From contig NMRA01000285.1 in assembly GCA_002633005.1 (NCBI GenBank), positions 159,230-223,229 on the forward strand: a DNA stretch of 64,000 nt, in the 5' to 3' direction. The notes beneath the pieces are model-generated. The model worked only from the letters and a program-made list of their open reading frames with translations. It did no database searches and was not told the DNA's origin. This document shows, in pieces, positions 1-15,200 of the stretch. The stretch comes from Phoronis australis (lineage: Eukaryota > Animalia > Phoronida). The first letter of the stretch is position 1. Each line of letters starts with the position of its first letter. A program made the position numbers and the translations under genes.

Positions 1-229
1 TGCCCTTGATTACTTAGAATGTTGTGTTGTACCATATCTCATTACAGTGCTTGTCATTAGTTTGTTTTAACTGTTGCTGCCTAGATGTCCTCTTCATAAT
101 TATCTTCTTTGTCATTTTTCTTTTCATTAGAGTTCACTTGTCTCACCTCAGCATGCTTTCAGTTTTAAGAATGAAACAGTCCTGAGTTACAGATTTGGAA
201 CTGTCCTGTATTGGCTTCTCTTATGACAG

Positions 230-3200
230 ATTCCTTTGACTGAGGTTGTTGAACCTCTGGACTTTGAAGATGTTATGCAACAGCAGCAGAGTGCAATTGA
301 CCGTGACCCAATGCGACACCTGTTGGACTTCCCACATGATGATGTCGAGGTGAACCTGTTACCGAGGAAGTGTAGGACAATAGCACCTGTTGTTCCCGAG
401 CATGGGTAAGGATTGTGTTAGTACAGAGCTGGTGATGATGTTTACTGGGAGATTGGTCAAATCTCACAGTGACTGCTGCTCTTTTGTTGATTAAGCATTC
501 ACCATACAGTTGTCCTATCACACAGACATGCACACAAACATGTTCACGCACACAAACACAAGCACACACACAAGCACACACACAAGCACACACACACAAG
601 CACAAACACACAAGCAAACACGCACAAGCACACACGCACAAGCACACACGCACAAGCGCACACGCACAAGCGCACAAGCACAGGCGCACAAGCACACACG
701 CACAAGCACACGCACAAGCACACGCAAAAGCACACACACACACACACAGAGTAGAAAACATTTACCACCAGGCTCTTTTCATTCTTATTTTCATGCTATT
801 GGGTGTACTAAGTTCCAGTACCACGTACCTCAGTGCTAACTAAAGTTAACATGTGCTTCCCGTAATGACAGTTATTGTTAGGCTTTGGCTTGCATTGTTG
901 ATCTAGTTAACTGTGGATACATGATGGATCATTACGTCCATTCCCCTCTCGGCGAAAGCGTGCTCTCTGTTTAATCCAATGCCATTGTTGTCCCGTGTTT
1001 GTTTCTGTAGCCTGGATGAGAATACCTGTAAATGTTACTTAATGTACTACTTCCTGCTTGGTAGAATCACGCGTTCAATCAAGCCTCAGTTGAAGTGACC
1101 AGTTCCCATATGTCATTTCACACTATATTTAGCCAGAAGAGTCAATTAGATGTCGTGCTTTCAACATCTACTGGACAGTGCTACAGTGTTTGGAGGATTA
1201 TACTACATTCACAATTAGAGATGCTTTGCATTAAAAGAGAGTTTTACCAGTTTTGAACACATTTTTGACTGTTTTGACATTAAGTTTCTTTGCATAATAG
1301 GTTCTTTACCGGCATTCAAAGTGATTATACAATGCTTTTTAAGACACAGTCAATACCATGTTTTATAGAAACTCCGTGAGTGTTACTTCTTATCCATTGA
1401 ATCACAGTCGTCTCGGGTAAAATATGCAATTGTGTATACTCCTGTTCATTTTTTCTTATAGCGCTGACTCTGACCTTCACATCCGTGACTGTGTCAATGT
1501 TTATACATCAGACTATCATGTAGTTCACAGGAGGTAAGTTTGTAAACTATAGTTAGGATATTTCAGGCTTTTTCACTGTTCATGCATTATTTGGTCACCT
1601 AATTTACAAACGGAATGCAGATTCTTAAATGGTTCAGAAATATGAACTGAAATGATAATATGAATGCACCAAATGACTTTCATAAATAGAGTATTGTCTT
1701 TAGTTGAGAATCGAACCTTTGGCCCATAAACTGTGAATTTGCATTTGTAATGAACTAACATGTGGATTTGAGAACAATAGTTTTGAATGGTTATGGTATA
1801 CAGTAGTCACAGTATAACTGTGTTCGCTTGCAAATTAAGCCTCTTTGAGTGAATACGTACTTGAATCTTGAACAATGGAAAACCTGTTGTAATGACGTAC
1901 TACGTTTGCTGTGAAGCCTTACGAGGTTTTGTGATTGTTACTTTCAATTAATTTTGAATGATATCATAAGGGAAAAACATGTCAGTTTTCAAATACTTCT
2001 CCCTCTCTATATACTGGGCAACTTTGTCATGAGTGCTGCCATGATAAAGTTTAAGAAAGCACAGGTCTGTTGCATGAAACTGACTTAAGACTTAAGACAG
2101 AAATTTGGTCTTACGCTCCCACGTTACAGTTCCTGAAAAAAGAGTTAGCCAAGTAATTATGAGAGCATCACGATCTAGAAATGATTCATAAAATTTATCT
2201 CAGTGGCTGGCAGTTGTGATCATATTCTGAGAAACTTTGCACATTGCACAAGTGAACTTTAATTATTTTTTAAAAATAGTTATGCGGAGCTTAAGACCAA
2301 CATTTTAGTCGTAAGTCTTTAAGTCATTTTTCATGAAACGAACTCCTGGAGTTGAAATGATTACTGTTTGTAGTTGTCATAAACAAGCGTTGACTTGTGT
2401 TTGGTTTTCTTTTCACTCACCCTGTAACGGGATTTTACAGGTACCAAGGCTACAGTTCATCAGTCAATGCAAAGACCAGGTCTGTTGAAGTTGTCACAAG
2501 TCATCAGTCATTACCTCAACAAGAGTTTGAAATCGACGTGGTGGAGGAGAGTGAACAGGAGATTAAGGTTGGTGTGGAACACTTACAACTTTCATGCAAA
2601 TTCAAATTTTACCGAATAGGATGTTTTTGAAAACTAAGCATCCATTCACTGAGTACACGGTGTGTGTGTGTATTTATTATTATGGCTTAGGTTTTACAAC
2701 TTTTTGAGTTCTTGGGAATATGTGTATTAAATAAACAAACTTTCATTGCAAAATCCCTTTTTGTGCAAACTGTTACATTTGTTTTAATGTACTTACACCA
2801 TTTTCCATTATTGACATTTTTGACCATCATTTGGTTTTCATAATTTTGTGGAGTGCTTAAAAACACTTTATTGTCTTTACTCAATGTGTATGTCATTCCA
2901 CTGCAATTCAATTTCTTACTGTTTGAATTCAATACGCTGTTTGCTTGTTTGAGCCTGTTGTGTACAAGTATATGTCCTGACTACATGGGGGTATAGTGTT
3001 AGTTACTGTGTTGTTTCATGTTTTCCTTCTGTTATTTAATAGGTACTGCTTGTTGGTTCGTTGTAATGTCCTTTTGACTGGTTAAGATGTCATAACTTTA
3101 GACTAATTACCTCTCCAATGTATTGTGTGGAATCCTTGGAATATTGAACTCCATTCATACATTGCACTGTTTCAGGATAAAAACAAGCGGACCTCCATAC

Positions 3201-6200
3201 ACATGAATGACACTCCTAGAGGGAGCTGGGCCAGTAGTATATTCGACCTAAAGAACTCACAAGCTGATGGTCTGCTGCCCAATATCTTGGAGCACCGTCA
3301 TCCAGATGAGATAGATCGTAACAACGAGTTTCAGAGACGGCAAGACCGCCATGAGTCCATATTTTCTCTCTACCCCCTGCAACACGAGGTATCCTTTCAT
3401 GAACCATGTGCTACATGAAGTTCATTGTGGAGCCTATGAGCACCAGTTGCGATTTGGCATTCTAGCAATTGCACGTCTGGCACCCATAAGACATTCTCAA
3501 TATTATTGCGTAATGACAATTTCAGTTTCCCTGGATTTATCAAATAGAATTTGATTTGTGAATATTGCATGACGCATATTTAACACATGTGACCATTTTA
3601 ACAAAACAACCCTGGCAACTGTTTAACTGTTTTAGTGGTGAGATCAGAAATAACTGTCTGGCAATATGTTAACCATCTACTGTCAAGTTGAGAGCATTTA
3701 TTGTTGCTTTCTGATGTACAAGGAAAAGTAGCTAATCACCTGGCCCTTAACCACCACCTGAGCCTTTTAATTCACGCTCAGGCTTGGGGCCGTTATAAAC
3801 TTGAAAATGGAAATCAGTTTTGTGTTTATGTTTTGTGATGCGCCATGTACTATGTCATACATATTTGAGGCGTCGTATGGTATCAAGATGAGCCCTGTTT
3901 TATAGACACTGTGGTGACTGTGTTAATTATTCACTTAGTACACAATATGTCCGACAAATAAAAATCTACTTCGTCAAATTTCTCCACAAAAATAAGATTA
4001 GTCTCTTGCTAGCATTTTTATGCGCCCACATATTTATATGTGGACGTATTATTTTGTATTGTGGAGGTGTCATAAAACAACTTTTGGTTAATTTTCCATT
4101 ATTTAACCTTTGAAAAATAGAAAAATTACAATTTTGGCAATTTTTTTTCTGCACAGTAAGTGAAGCATTATTGTACTTCGACATTGAAATGTTTTATGAG
4201 AAAGTTTATCTTGTGACTTTATCTTAATCTGATTGGCTGACGTTTTAGGATGATTTTATTGAGAAGCGTTGCGGAGAGGCACCACCTAGTGAGCACTTTG
4301 GTCATCGAGTGTTGGTCAAGTGTTTACAACTCAAGCTTGAGCTCGATGTGGAGCCTATCTTTGCCAGCATGGCGCTGTATGACGCCAAGGAGAAGAAAAA
4401 GGTACAAGTCACCAGGATGTTGTCCTGGCTGTTCATGTCATTGTTCTGTTCTGTTTTGAACAAACGTGAACATTATGCAAAGTGTCAAGTCATGTCTGTT
4501 ACACATTGAGATTGTTGTTGATGGTCTGATAAATGTACTATCCTGACAGTCATGGTATCCATTGTATTTTTCTTTCTTGCCTTACTAGATTACCTTTCAG
4601 ACTAATCAAATTGATTTAAAACCTCAGTCTTCAAACCCTGCTTTGGTGCCAAAAACAATATTCCTCGAAAAGTCACTGCATTCCTTTTATTTTAGTTGAA
4701 ACTCATTACAAAACTGTATTGAATTCCTCTGATGACCATTTTTGTTTACTGAACACATTACCCTGTGTGTTTCAGATTTGTAATTGTTTACTGAACACGT
4801 TGTTATGTGTGTTTTAGATCTGCAGTTGTTGTTTACTGAACGCGTTCCCGAGTGTTTTAGATCCTAAAGTTGTTGTTTATCGAATGCGTTTTCGCCTGTG
4901 TTTCAGATTTGTACTTACTGAACACGTTACCCTCGTGTGTTTCAGATCTCAGAGAACTTCTACTTTGACCTGGTGACAGAAGACACCAAGAAGATGCTTG
5001 CCTCCCACATCCAGTACCAGGACATCTCGGCACTCAGTCGGTCAGCCATCTTTAGTATTACCTACCCCTCGTCAGATGTCTTCCTCGTTGTCAAGGTCAG
5101 GCATCCACCTACTGGAATGGTTTTATTGATGTTGAACTTCATAGATGTTCATCAGTGTAGGATGCAGTGAAGGATATTGTGCGGTGGAAAATCAGCGGTG
5201 TTAAAGTTTTGTTATAAGTGAACATTAACAATGAAAATTTCACTTGGTTGTGAACATTATCTGGGCTATCACAGCAGCATTTGTTACAAGGTTATAGGCT
5301 TCAGTAGTCAAAGCTCATGTGAATTTTCACACAATTCTTTGTGTTGACTGCACATGGTGTAGACTGAAAGTTATCAAAGTATCAGGAATGCATACTGGAT
5401 GGCTAGTACTGTTATGTCACAGAACCACTGAATGTGAAGTTGACATTTGACAAAATGACACTGAAAAATCAGCACAAAAACAACATTCTTGGAAGTTGTA
5501 ATTTACGCTCCATTGCCAGTTGCCTTGTATATGCTTGGCCAGTTGCCTTGTATATGCTTGGCCAGTTGCCTTGTATATGCTTGGCCAGTTGCCTTGTATA
5601 TGCTTGGCCNATTACCTTTCAGACTAATCAAATTGATTTAAAACCTCAGTCTTCAAACCCTGCTTTGGTGCCAAAAACAATATTCCTCGAAAAGTCACTG
5701 CATTCCTTTTATTTTAGTTGAAACTCATTACAAAACTGTATTGAATTCCTCTGATGACCATTTTTGTTTACTGAACACATTACCCTGTGTGTTTCAGATC
5801 TGTAATTGTTTACTGAACACGTTGTTATGTGTGTTTTAGATCTGCAGTTGTTGTTTACTGAATGCGTTCCCGAGTGTTTTAGATCCTAAAGTTGTTGTTT
5901 ATCGAATGCGTTTTCGCCTGTGTTTCAGATTTGTACTTACTGAACATGTTACCCCCGTGTGTTTCAGATCTCAGAGAACTTCTACTTTGACCTGGTGACA
6001 GAAGACACCAAGAAGATGCTTGCCTCCCACATCCAGTACCAGGACATCTCGGCACTCAGTCGGTCGGCCATCTTTAGTATTACCTACCCCTCGTCAGATG
6101 TCTTCCTCGTTGTCAAGGTCAGGCGTCCACCTACTGGAATGGTTTTATTGATGTTGAACTTCATAGACGTTCATCAGTGTAGGATGCAGTGAAGGATATT

Positions 6201-9200
6201 GTGTATCAGCAATGTTAAAGTTTTGTTATAAGTGAACATTAACAATGAAAATTTCACTTGGTTGTGAACATTATCTGGGCTATCACAGCAGCATTTGTTA
6301 CAAGGTTATAGGTTTCAGTAGTCAAAGCTTATGTGAATTTTCACACAATTGTTTGTGTTGACTGCACGTGGTGTAGACTGAAAGTTATCAAAGTATCAGG
6401 AATGCATACTGGATGGCTAGTACTGTTATGTCACAGAACCACTGAATGTGAAGTTGACATTTGACAAAATGACACTGAAAAATCAGCACAAATACAACAT
6501 TCTTGGAAGTTGTAATTTACGCTCTATTGCCAGTTGCCTTGTATATGCTTGGCCAGTTGCCTTGTATATGCTTGGCCAGTTGCCTTGTATATGCTTGGCC
6601 AGTTGCCTTGTATATGCTTGGCCAGTTGCCTTGTATATGCTTGGCGTTTTTCAAAATGGATTTTATGTTCAACTCATGGTTTCTCATTTACGCTTCAGCT
6701 TGAGAAAGTACTGCAGCAAGGTGATATCACTGAATGTGCTGAGCCTTATATGAAGGATGAAAAGGTAGGTTGTCGTGTCCCTGTGCCGCCACACTGGATG
6801 CACTCTATCAAGTCTAGTGGCATTCAAGCTCACTAATATCTGATGTTTCTTGATTTAAAGGTTCAAGGATAAGTGGATCATGGGAGACGTTTTCAGTAGA
6901 CGCAAAAATGGAAATAGTTCTTGGTGGTTGATTGAATTCAGTGTTCCATACGCTCTTTGTGAAATATTGGTGTTATCAAATTCAGTGGCGACTTGTTTTG
7001 TCATTGATTTACCAACACTTGTTAGTGGTGAATTGTGGTGAACCTGTAAGATTAAGATTGAACATTGTTTGGAACATTGAGTGTTTCAGGCATGGGTTGG
7101 AACATTGAGTGTTTCAGGCATGGGTTGGAACATTGAGTGTTTCAGGCATTGGTTGGAACATTGAGTGTTTCAGGCATTGGTTGGAACATTGAGTGTTTCA
7201 GGCATGGGTTGAAACATTGAGTGTTTCAGGCATTGGTTGGAACATTGAGTGTTTCAAGCATTGGTTGGATGAAATGCTTGTACTAATTTGTTGAATTCAT
7301 GTTAAACACATTCATGAAACACCTTGCTATAATACGTTGTGTTTGTGAAGTAATTCCGTATCAGAATTACTTTGTTTGGTGTTATATTTTTATGAAGACT
7401 AAGTCTAATCATTAATGTACCCCCACAGAGTGTGAATCGTGATAAAGTGAGGACCAACGCAGCCTACTTTTGTGAAAGGCTAGGGCAGTACCGTATGCCT
7501 TTTGCTTGGACGGCCATCTTCTTAATGAACATAGTCAGTGGCACTAACAGTCTGGACAGTAACGCAGGAAATGAGACATCTGGTGCCAGTGGCAGTATTG
7601 GTAAGACTTTATGTTTCTTTTCAAAACAATTGTCGAAAAATACTCAGTGCTTCTGATGTTCATTTATAGGTCATCCGTGTAACTTGCCATTTCCGTTTTG
7701 CATATGTATAGGTATAGTTACAAGCACAGATGGATATGCCTGGAGTTTATTGAAAAAGAAGACATTACTCTGATATACCAAATGAGGCAATATGGGCTGA
7801 TATGCAATGCGATATACTTTGAGAAAAAACTTCTGTGCCATAAAAAACAAAATCACACTTATCCCACGTGTGAATTGCAATCTGTAATTCTTCTGCAGAT
7901 CGACGGTCCAGTTTTGTTGGGCAGTTTGACAGTTTTCGTAGAAAGGCAGGCCGGGAGCGTGATGACTCCCTGCAGAGGCGGGAGTCGTTAGAGCGTCAGA
8001 AGAGTGGAACTCTAGACAAGAGGACCAGCTGGTCCCCAGATGACAACACTAGTCTGGACAACTTCAGGTGGGTGTTGGTCGCCTGGTGAGAGCACTTCTA
8101 GTCAATAGGCTGGTCAGTACTCTGTCTAGTATTCAGTAACTTAACCAGCCTATTTAGCCAGCCGTACTGTTTCTGATGATTGTATAATTGGACAAGTCGC
8201 ACTTAACCAATTGATTGAGCCTGAAACAATAACGTCTGTTTACTAAACCCTGAAATCCTTCCATTCTGACAAGGACACAAGTTAAGATAAATTATGTAAT
8301 AGTCGATGGTCTAAATATTAAAAAGTTACTTTTTGACAGATGGCGGGCAACTCTATCTATCATGATTGCACTGTGCTTTTGCAGACCAGTCACTTTAACG
8401 GTGTCCAGCTTCTTTAAGCAAGAGGCAGACAAACTGAGTGATGAAGACTTGTACAAATATCTGGCCGATCTAAAGCGACCAACGAACATCCTGAAGAAAC
8501 TCAAGTGTATTCCAGGTACTAGACAGTTCTTAATGTGCCGTTACAATTTGTCCTTAGAATGTGTGCTGTTGAGGTCTCTTGTCATTACTTTTAATTTTCA
8601 CTACGTGCCAGTCTTTTGTGCATGTTCATTTTGTCTTTTAGCCTATGTGTGAACATGACAGATCTCCTTTAAAATGTTCAATGCTTAACTCTCTTCAGAG
8701 AATGTATCTAATGTTTGATATAGTCTTACTGTTGGGACACAATGAAACCCTATTCTTCTTAGGTAAAGGTCCTTTGTAATTTCAAAATTTACTTGATTAT
8801 TCTGCCCTGAAGACCAAAAAAACTAATTGTGTCAAAATGTTGTCCTGTTAGCAGTTAGTTGTCTATAAACTCCAGGAACCTCTGGTTACAAAAATGGCTC
8901 TTTGTTGCTTCTGAATTTTACAAACTACCTGTCTAACCCTGCCTGCAGGTACCCTTAAGCTGGACATATCACCATGTCCTGAGGATCCCAAGTACTGCCT
9001 GAGCCCAGAGCTGTATAAGATTGACCCCTACCCTGATGACAAGGGCAGGCCCACCAAGGAGATTGTGGAGTTCCCACCACGTGATGTCTATGCACCTTAC
9101 TCAAACTACAGGTAACTAGATCTTGATAATTTGCTACATATTGCAATATATTGTGATTCACCAATTCATTTCCCACTGTTGTTTTTGGATTGAAAAAGAG

Positions 9201-12200
9201 GATGTCTCACAAAAGTGTAATGCAGTTGAAAAAAGTGCACCTTAGGTTGCAACCCCCAAATCATGTTTTCAATGTGCCGCTGTTGTGTAAAATTGCTTAT
9301 AATAGTTATATGCCTTGGCTGATTTGGCCAAGTTCAAATTGCAAACTTTAAACAGAACGAAGTCAAGTTAGCAGCGTTGGATCTTCTCATTGAATCAATC
9401 AGTGAAATCAGTTTGGTTCTAGGTCTGATCTGTGGTTTGGTCCATGGTCTGATCTGTGGTTTGGTCCATGGTTTGATCTGTGGTGTGGTCCATAATTTGA
9501 TCCATGGTTTAGTCCATGATATCTGTGGTTTGGTCCATGGTTTGATATGTGGTTTGGATGGTTTGGTCCCTGGCTTCATCATGTGCAATTTAATAAGAAA
9601 TGCAAACATGTAGTATTGAAAAGCTAAGGAAGTTCTCGTTGCTTTGATGTTGATGTCGGTGGTGGTTAATGTTGTGATATTATCATCAAAGAAAAAATAA
9701 ATGTTATGTACAAATAAACACAAGGTCCACCACCAGGTAGCTTTAAAGTACACAAATCCGCAGAATGATGCTAAACTGATCTCGGAAACTATCGTAGAAC
9801 ACAATGATTTTGTCTGCAGTGTGTGCAATAGAGACATTTTATAGTAATGATGGCATCTGATGTTGCAAATTTCAAGTATTGTCAATAGAAAAAAATTGTC
9901 ACTTCTAACGGGCATTGTTAGGGAAGTCGGTTTAGTGTTTCTAAGGAGTATGCACTTTCCTGTTGTTGCTTGCATATTTCTTTTTGTTTTCAGAAACCTA
10001 CTGTATGTTTATCCCAAGTCACTCAACTTTGCAAATCGTCAGGGACATGCAAGAAACATTGCAGTCAAAATTGAGATATTGGCCGGCGAGAGTGAAAATG
10101 ATGCGCTACCTGTAAGGAAGACTTTTATTCTGTTACTGCAGCAGTGTTCTCTGGATTTTGATCACAATTTTGTCAGTTTTTACAAATACTAAAAAAGAGT
10201 GTACTTGCAAGTAGCCTGTCATATTTTCTTTTGTGTAACTCTTCTATTTAAAGTTCAACTGGCATACATTTTTACATTTTTAGTTAAAACACTTCAGCTT
10301 GAACATGGAAGCCAGCCTTTTGCATTCTGCAGTGTATGTTACACTTAAGGTATTCACCAAATTTCCAAAACCAGGCAAACTATTCACTCACTGAACTATG
10401 TTGGAGCCATGAGCAGAGTTGCAATAGGCAACGAACACTGGGCAATCTGTTGATGATGTCACACTCCTCTGTCCTTTTGTTTGAAGTTATGTGCTGTGTT
10501 AGAAGTGTTTTATTGAGTTTACTAGCACCAAGGTTGCATGTTTTTACTGACATTTTTTATTTTGTCTTCTTGGCATTTATCTTTTAATAATGTTATATTT
10601 TAAGAGATGTGTGGAATGAAATTTATAATTTTATAATTGCTCTTTTTATACAGGTGATATTTGGCAAGTCCAGTTGCCCCGAGTTCCAAAGTCATGCTTT
10701 TTCTACAATTACTTATCACAGCAAGTGAGTAAACCACAGTCAAAGTTTAATCTTGACCTGCCCAATAATTCATTAGTCAAATTTTCTAAGCCTGGAAATC
10801 TGTTCCAGTTCTCTTAAAGAACCAATTAAGGAGATGTTTTAACATTGGATATTGCTGAGGACAGATGTTCTATGCCGAAATGTGATCCTGCCATAGAAGA
10901 TCAGTTGATTTTATTGCCCAACCATCTCTACTCTCATCCTTAATTTGGAATAATCTTGGTTTTGACAAATGTTAGCGTAAACAACTGCATGGCCTAGTCC
11001 ATACACTGGTGTCCTACCCTGATTCTAGGTCACCAGACTTCTATGATGAGGTGAAGATGAAGCTGCCAGCCAAGATAGGCGACCAGTACCATCTGTTATT
11101 CACCTTTTACCACATCAGCTGTCAGAAGAAACAGGAAATCGCGGGACCTCTGGAGACGCCTATAGGTTACACTGTGAGTCATTGCAGCTGTCAGAAATTG
11201 AAATTTCTGGCTACTGATATCACCTTCAGTTGACACTGCATTGGCAAAATTCTTATTTTAAATTTTTACTTAATTTCGGCTATAAGCTATGTATAAATTT
11301 TGGATTGACCAAGTTAGTTAAGGCTGAATAGGGTGCTTTTTTATCAAGGAAAATGAAATAGCATGGTAGTAATTTTATATTGGAAGTTTTTTGTTGTTGT
11401 TATTTTTCATGTTGTTTAGATTGTAGGATTGATTAAATATTGGTCCTGTTACAGTGGCTCCCTTTGCTTAAAGATGGCCGCCTACTGGTGGGGGAGTTCA
11501 GCCTCCCCGTGTCTCTGGATCCGCCACCGTCTAGCTACTCCATGATCATGCCAGATGTCTTGGTAAGTTAGTCATCATTTCTTACGTCTCTGGTGTTTTT
11601 GTAGCTCCTCTTCAATGTTATGAAGTTAAAGTGATTGAGTCTAGAGTGAGATCCCATCTGTTAGCCCCATTTGATTCTGAGACTGGTGCCAGCTGGCGAG
11701 TCCAAAATACACGAAAAAAATGAACAGTAACGCCAATGATATGCCCACGAACTGCTATACAGTAACACGTGCACGTGTTAAGAGGCTTACGTAGAGCACT
11801 GTCTTTTAAATGTGCAAAATTGAATGTCAAATTGAGCATTTCAGCTTGTAGATATATATAGTCATGACACCTACTGTATTATGGCAAGGGTGTGCTATAT
11901 TAGTGTAAATGTTGTCTTCAGGCTATCTAGTTGTATGGCATAGTTATGGATTAATTATTTTTATTACAGGTTCCTCTACCCGGTATGAAGTGGGTCGACA
12001 ATCACAAGAATTTGTTCACGGTGTCTGTTGAAGCCATGTCTTCTATCCACACACAGGTGAGACAAGTGTTTGGTGGTCTTAGACAGACTTGCCATTCTTT
12101 AAAGACACGTACGAGTATAATTAAGTCAAATCAGAATCGTCTACTTCAGATGTGAAAAAATCAAAATTTAGTAACAGATGAGTCTTGCCACAAAAGTCAT

Positions 12201-15200
12201 TCAGTGAACTCCATTCGGAGCCCACAATTAATGCAGAATTAAAAATTTTCTGTTAGTATTAGACAAGCGCTGTATTGGGAATTTTTGAAAGAGACACTTA
12301 GGGCATCTATTGATTTTGCACCCAAAAATTCACCTCGAAGTTGTTTTGGAAAATGTGGCTTTTTGAAACTCACTGCCAAATCATAGTGGACATGAAATAT
12401 TTGTCAGGTTTTTCCTACTAGTTATTTTTGAGATTGGCTCCTGTGTGAGAAGTCCCGCCACGCTGCTGTGTACAACTTAGTGATGAACTGGAAATATTAT
12501 AATTCATTTTAAAGATCACAAGTAGAGGAAGCAAACTTAAGATACCTTACTCACATTGTCCATATATGTGCCAATATAATTATGTACTCCGTGCCTGACA
12601 TGCAAAACATTCCCAAAAGTAGTTCCATTATTTGCGCTTTTTTGAACCTAGTTGTGACTTTCAGTATAAACTGTTTTCAAGAGCTTAATATGATTGAAAT
12701 TATTGATTTTGTGCACTGTTCACTAAGTTTTGACCAATTCCGTTATCCAGAGTTGTTCGTCATATTGCATTTTGGCTGTGTTCTTGCAATGTTTCCACAT
12801 AGTTGGGCTGTATGGGAAAGTACTATGTGGTAGTAGCTTGCATGTCCCTTCCTCACTACAGGATGAGTACCTGGACAGATTCCTGACTCTGTGTCACATG
12901 GCCGAGCAGCAGCAGATCCCTGCACGGATAGGCGAGGTCAACTTTGAGGGGCAGCTTAAGTCCAGCATCACGAATGTGGCGCACGCGAGCCCGGAGCCTC
13001 TTGTGCGCTTCCTGACGCTGGTGCTGGACAAGTTGATCAGTTTGATGGTGCGTCCGCCGATACTCGGCGGACAAGTGGGTGAGTGGGCAGGAAATACATA
13101 GTGTATCTTAGGTGTATGGTATATGATATGGAAATTACGTGCACTGTCTGTGTTTGTGATTCAAGGTGGAGTTAACAAAAGGCTAGGTGTAATGAGTAGT
13201 ATTGCAAAATTCACATATGTAGTGCTAGTGAAACTACAAGTCTGCCTGGGAAATGTTGGCCCTCAGGGAGTCAATGTAAAACTCTTATAAGGCAAACGAT
13301 CTTCATGTTGGTAAAAAAGAGCTTCCTGTTCTTCTGTTTTGGTTATAACAAGCGACCAGTACTTGGTGAATATTGAATCTCCTATGATACACCATGCGGT
13401 GATTCCTCTTCCATGTAGCCTAAAATGGATAAATCCTGTGAATACGTCTTACTATTGAATCACTGTGATCACAATAACCAAGATAATGTGTTCGTTAAGA
13501 TCTGGGGAGACATAAACTGGTAAGAATTGAGTACAAAATCATCATCAATGTGCATGTAACCTCAGTCTACAGTTTCTATGGTTACGTGAAACACAGCTGT
13601 AGTTGGCTGCTGTTTGACTAACTTGATATGAATGCATTTTAGGTTGTTTGGTGGATATCCTGTTTCAAATCTTCAATTTTCACTGTTGTATTGAATGTAG
13701 CTCAAAGTGACTCCACCCAGATTGCAAGCTCACTAGACAATCAAGTCTTCAAGTCATGTTTTAAATGAGGGAACCAATGGCTCAGAGTTTGTGGGATTCG
13801 TTTCTTAGGCTGCTCAAACTATGGTCAAACAATGGTATTTCCAACTGTGTTTTAGTGAACATGACTTAGAGTTTGTTCGACTCTATCTCCCAGATTGCCT
13901 GCATAATACATACTGCGGAAACTGACCACTCACACGCTACTGACTCTGGTCAAGCAGTGTAGTCTAACTGTTAACTCCTGTTTCAGTGAACATGGCCCAG
14001 AGTGTATTCGACTCCATCTCCCAGATCGCGCGTATGCTACAGACACTGTTGAAGCAACAGAATGACATCCATGACCGCAGTCCTCTTTTGGTGCAATATG
14101 TTCAGTACTCCTGCACTCTGCCTTATCCTGAGAGTTCAAGTAAGTGGTGTATACAATGACTAACACAGACTGTTGTGGAGAGGAATATTGATGGCTTATA
14201 TCGGCTGTATCTGAAGACTTGACTACTGGTTATTTAGTTTTTAATATCTTTAACTTTGTGTTGAAGTATATGGTCACAATCGCAAATGCATGTATCCAAA
14301 GGATGTAACAATAAAGTGTCACCAATTCCGGACATACATTATCACCAAAATTGGTATTTTTCTTTTTTTCTATCATTGTGGTGAGTGCCCATAATTTGTC
14401 AAAACATTGTCTGGTGGTAGAGGATTTAATTGTAGCTTGTTATATTTTATGAAAAATTAGAAAAAGATAATTTGATTCACTTGTCGTTCATATGTTGTCC
14501 TAAACTGATGAAGTTTTACTGTATACTTACTTTTAATTGTATTTTAGCCCAGCAAAAGAAAATCACAGAGTTCCTTCAATTTGAGTCAATTCATCAGGAG
14601 ATTCTGCTGTTACTCTCATAGTCGTTTTGTATTTCCTTTCAGTGCTTAAGTCACCTTCCGGTCCCCTCCCGGGTTACTCCACCCTTGGCCGACCCTCGTC
14701 ACTTCAGATCAACCGGCCATATCACACTCGCAGCAGCAGTGACCCCGACATGCCGGGCAGTAACCCCACCTCGCCGCAACAGGAGCAAGTCCAAACTGCA
14801 GGTATGTCAAGTCATGATGGCATATTGTGCTCTGCAACTTGTGAGCTTGATGTTTTTATCAACACCTTTTATTATATTCTGACTTAGTAAACACATTTTC
14901 ACCATATTTAAACTGCAGTAGCACTGCATACCATAAGTGGGAATTCAAGTCTCTGAAGTTTGAAAAGAATAGTTTCATGATTGATTTTCGTGAAACCTTA
15001 GTGTGCTACAGAATGGTGGCATGCGATGGGTTGGACTTCTTGCCTTTGTCAGTGACAAACTGGTTGTCACCACTTCACGGTGACTATTTATTTTATTTTG
15101 ACACTAATTAGTGCCACAAGTAAACAGCTGATGGATTGCCAGTCTTTTATGAAAATGGTGTTCACAGTCATCTTGATCACCTTTCCAACAAAATGTCTTT

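Noticed and set aside
273-843. Several overlapping ORFs rich in Cys/Val/Ala or His/Thr
   Set aside because: They are translations of a CA microsatellite inside a DOCK intron
9334-9975. 213-aa minus-strand ORF with KPWTKPQI repeats, and the plus-strand [11 protein letters not shown]
   Set aside because: Produced by a 24-bp intronic minisatellite; the DNA units are near-identical and the rest of the ORF is not protein-like
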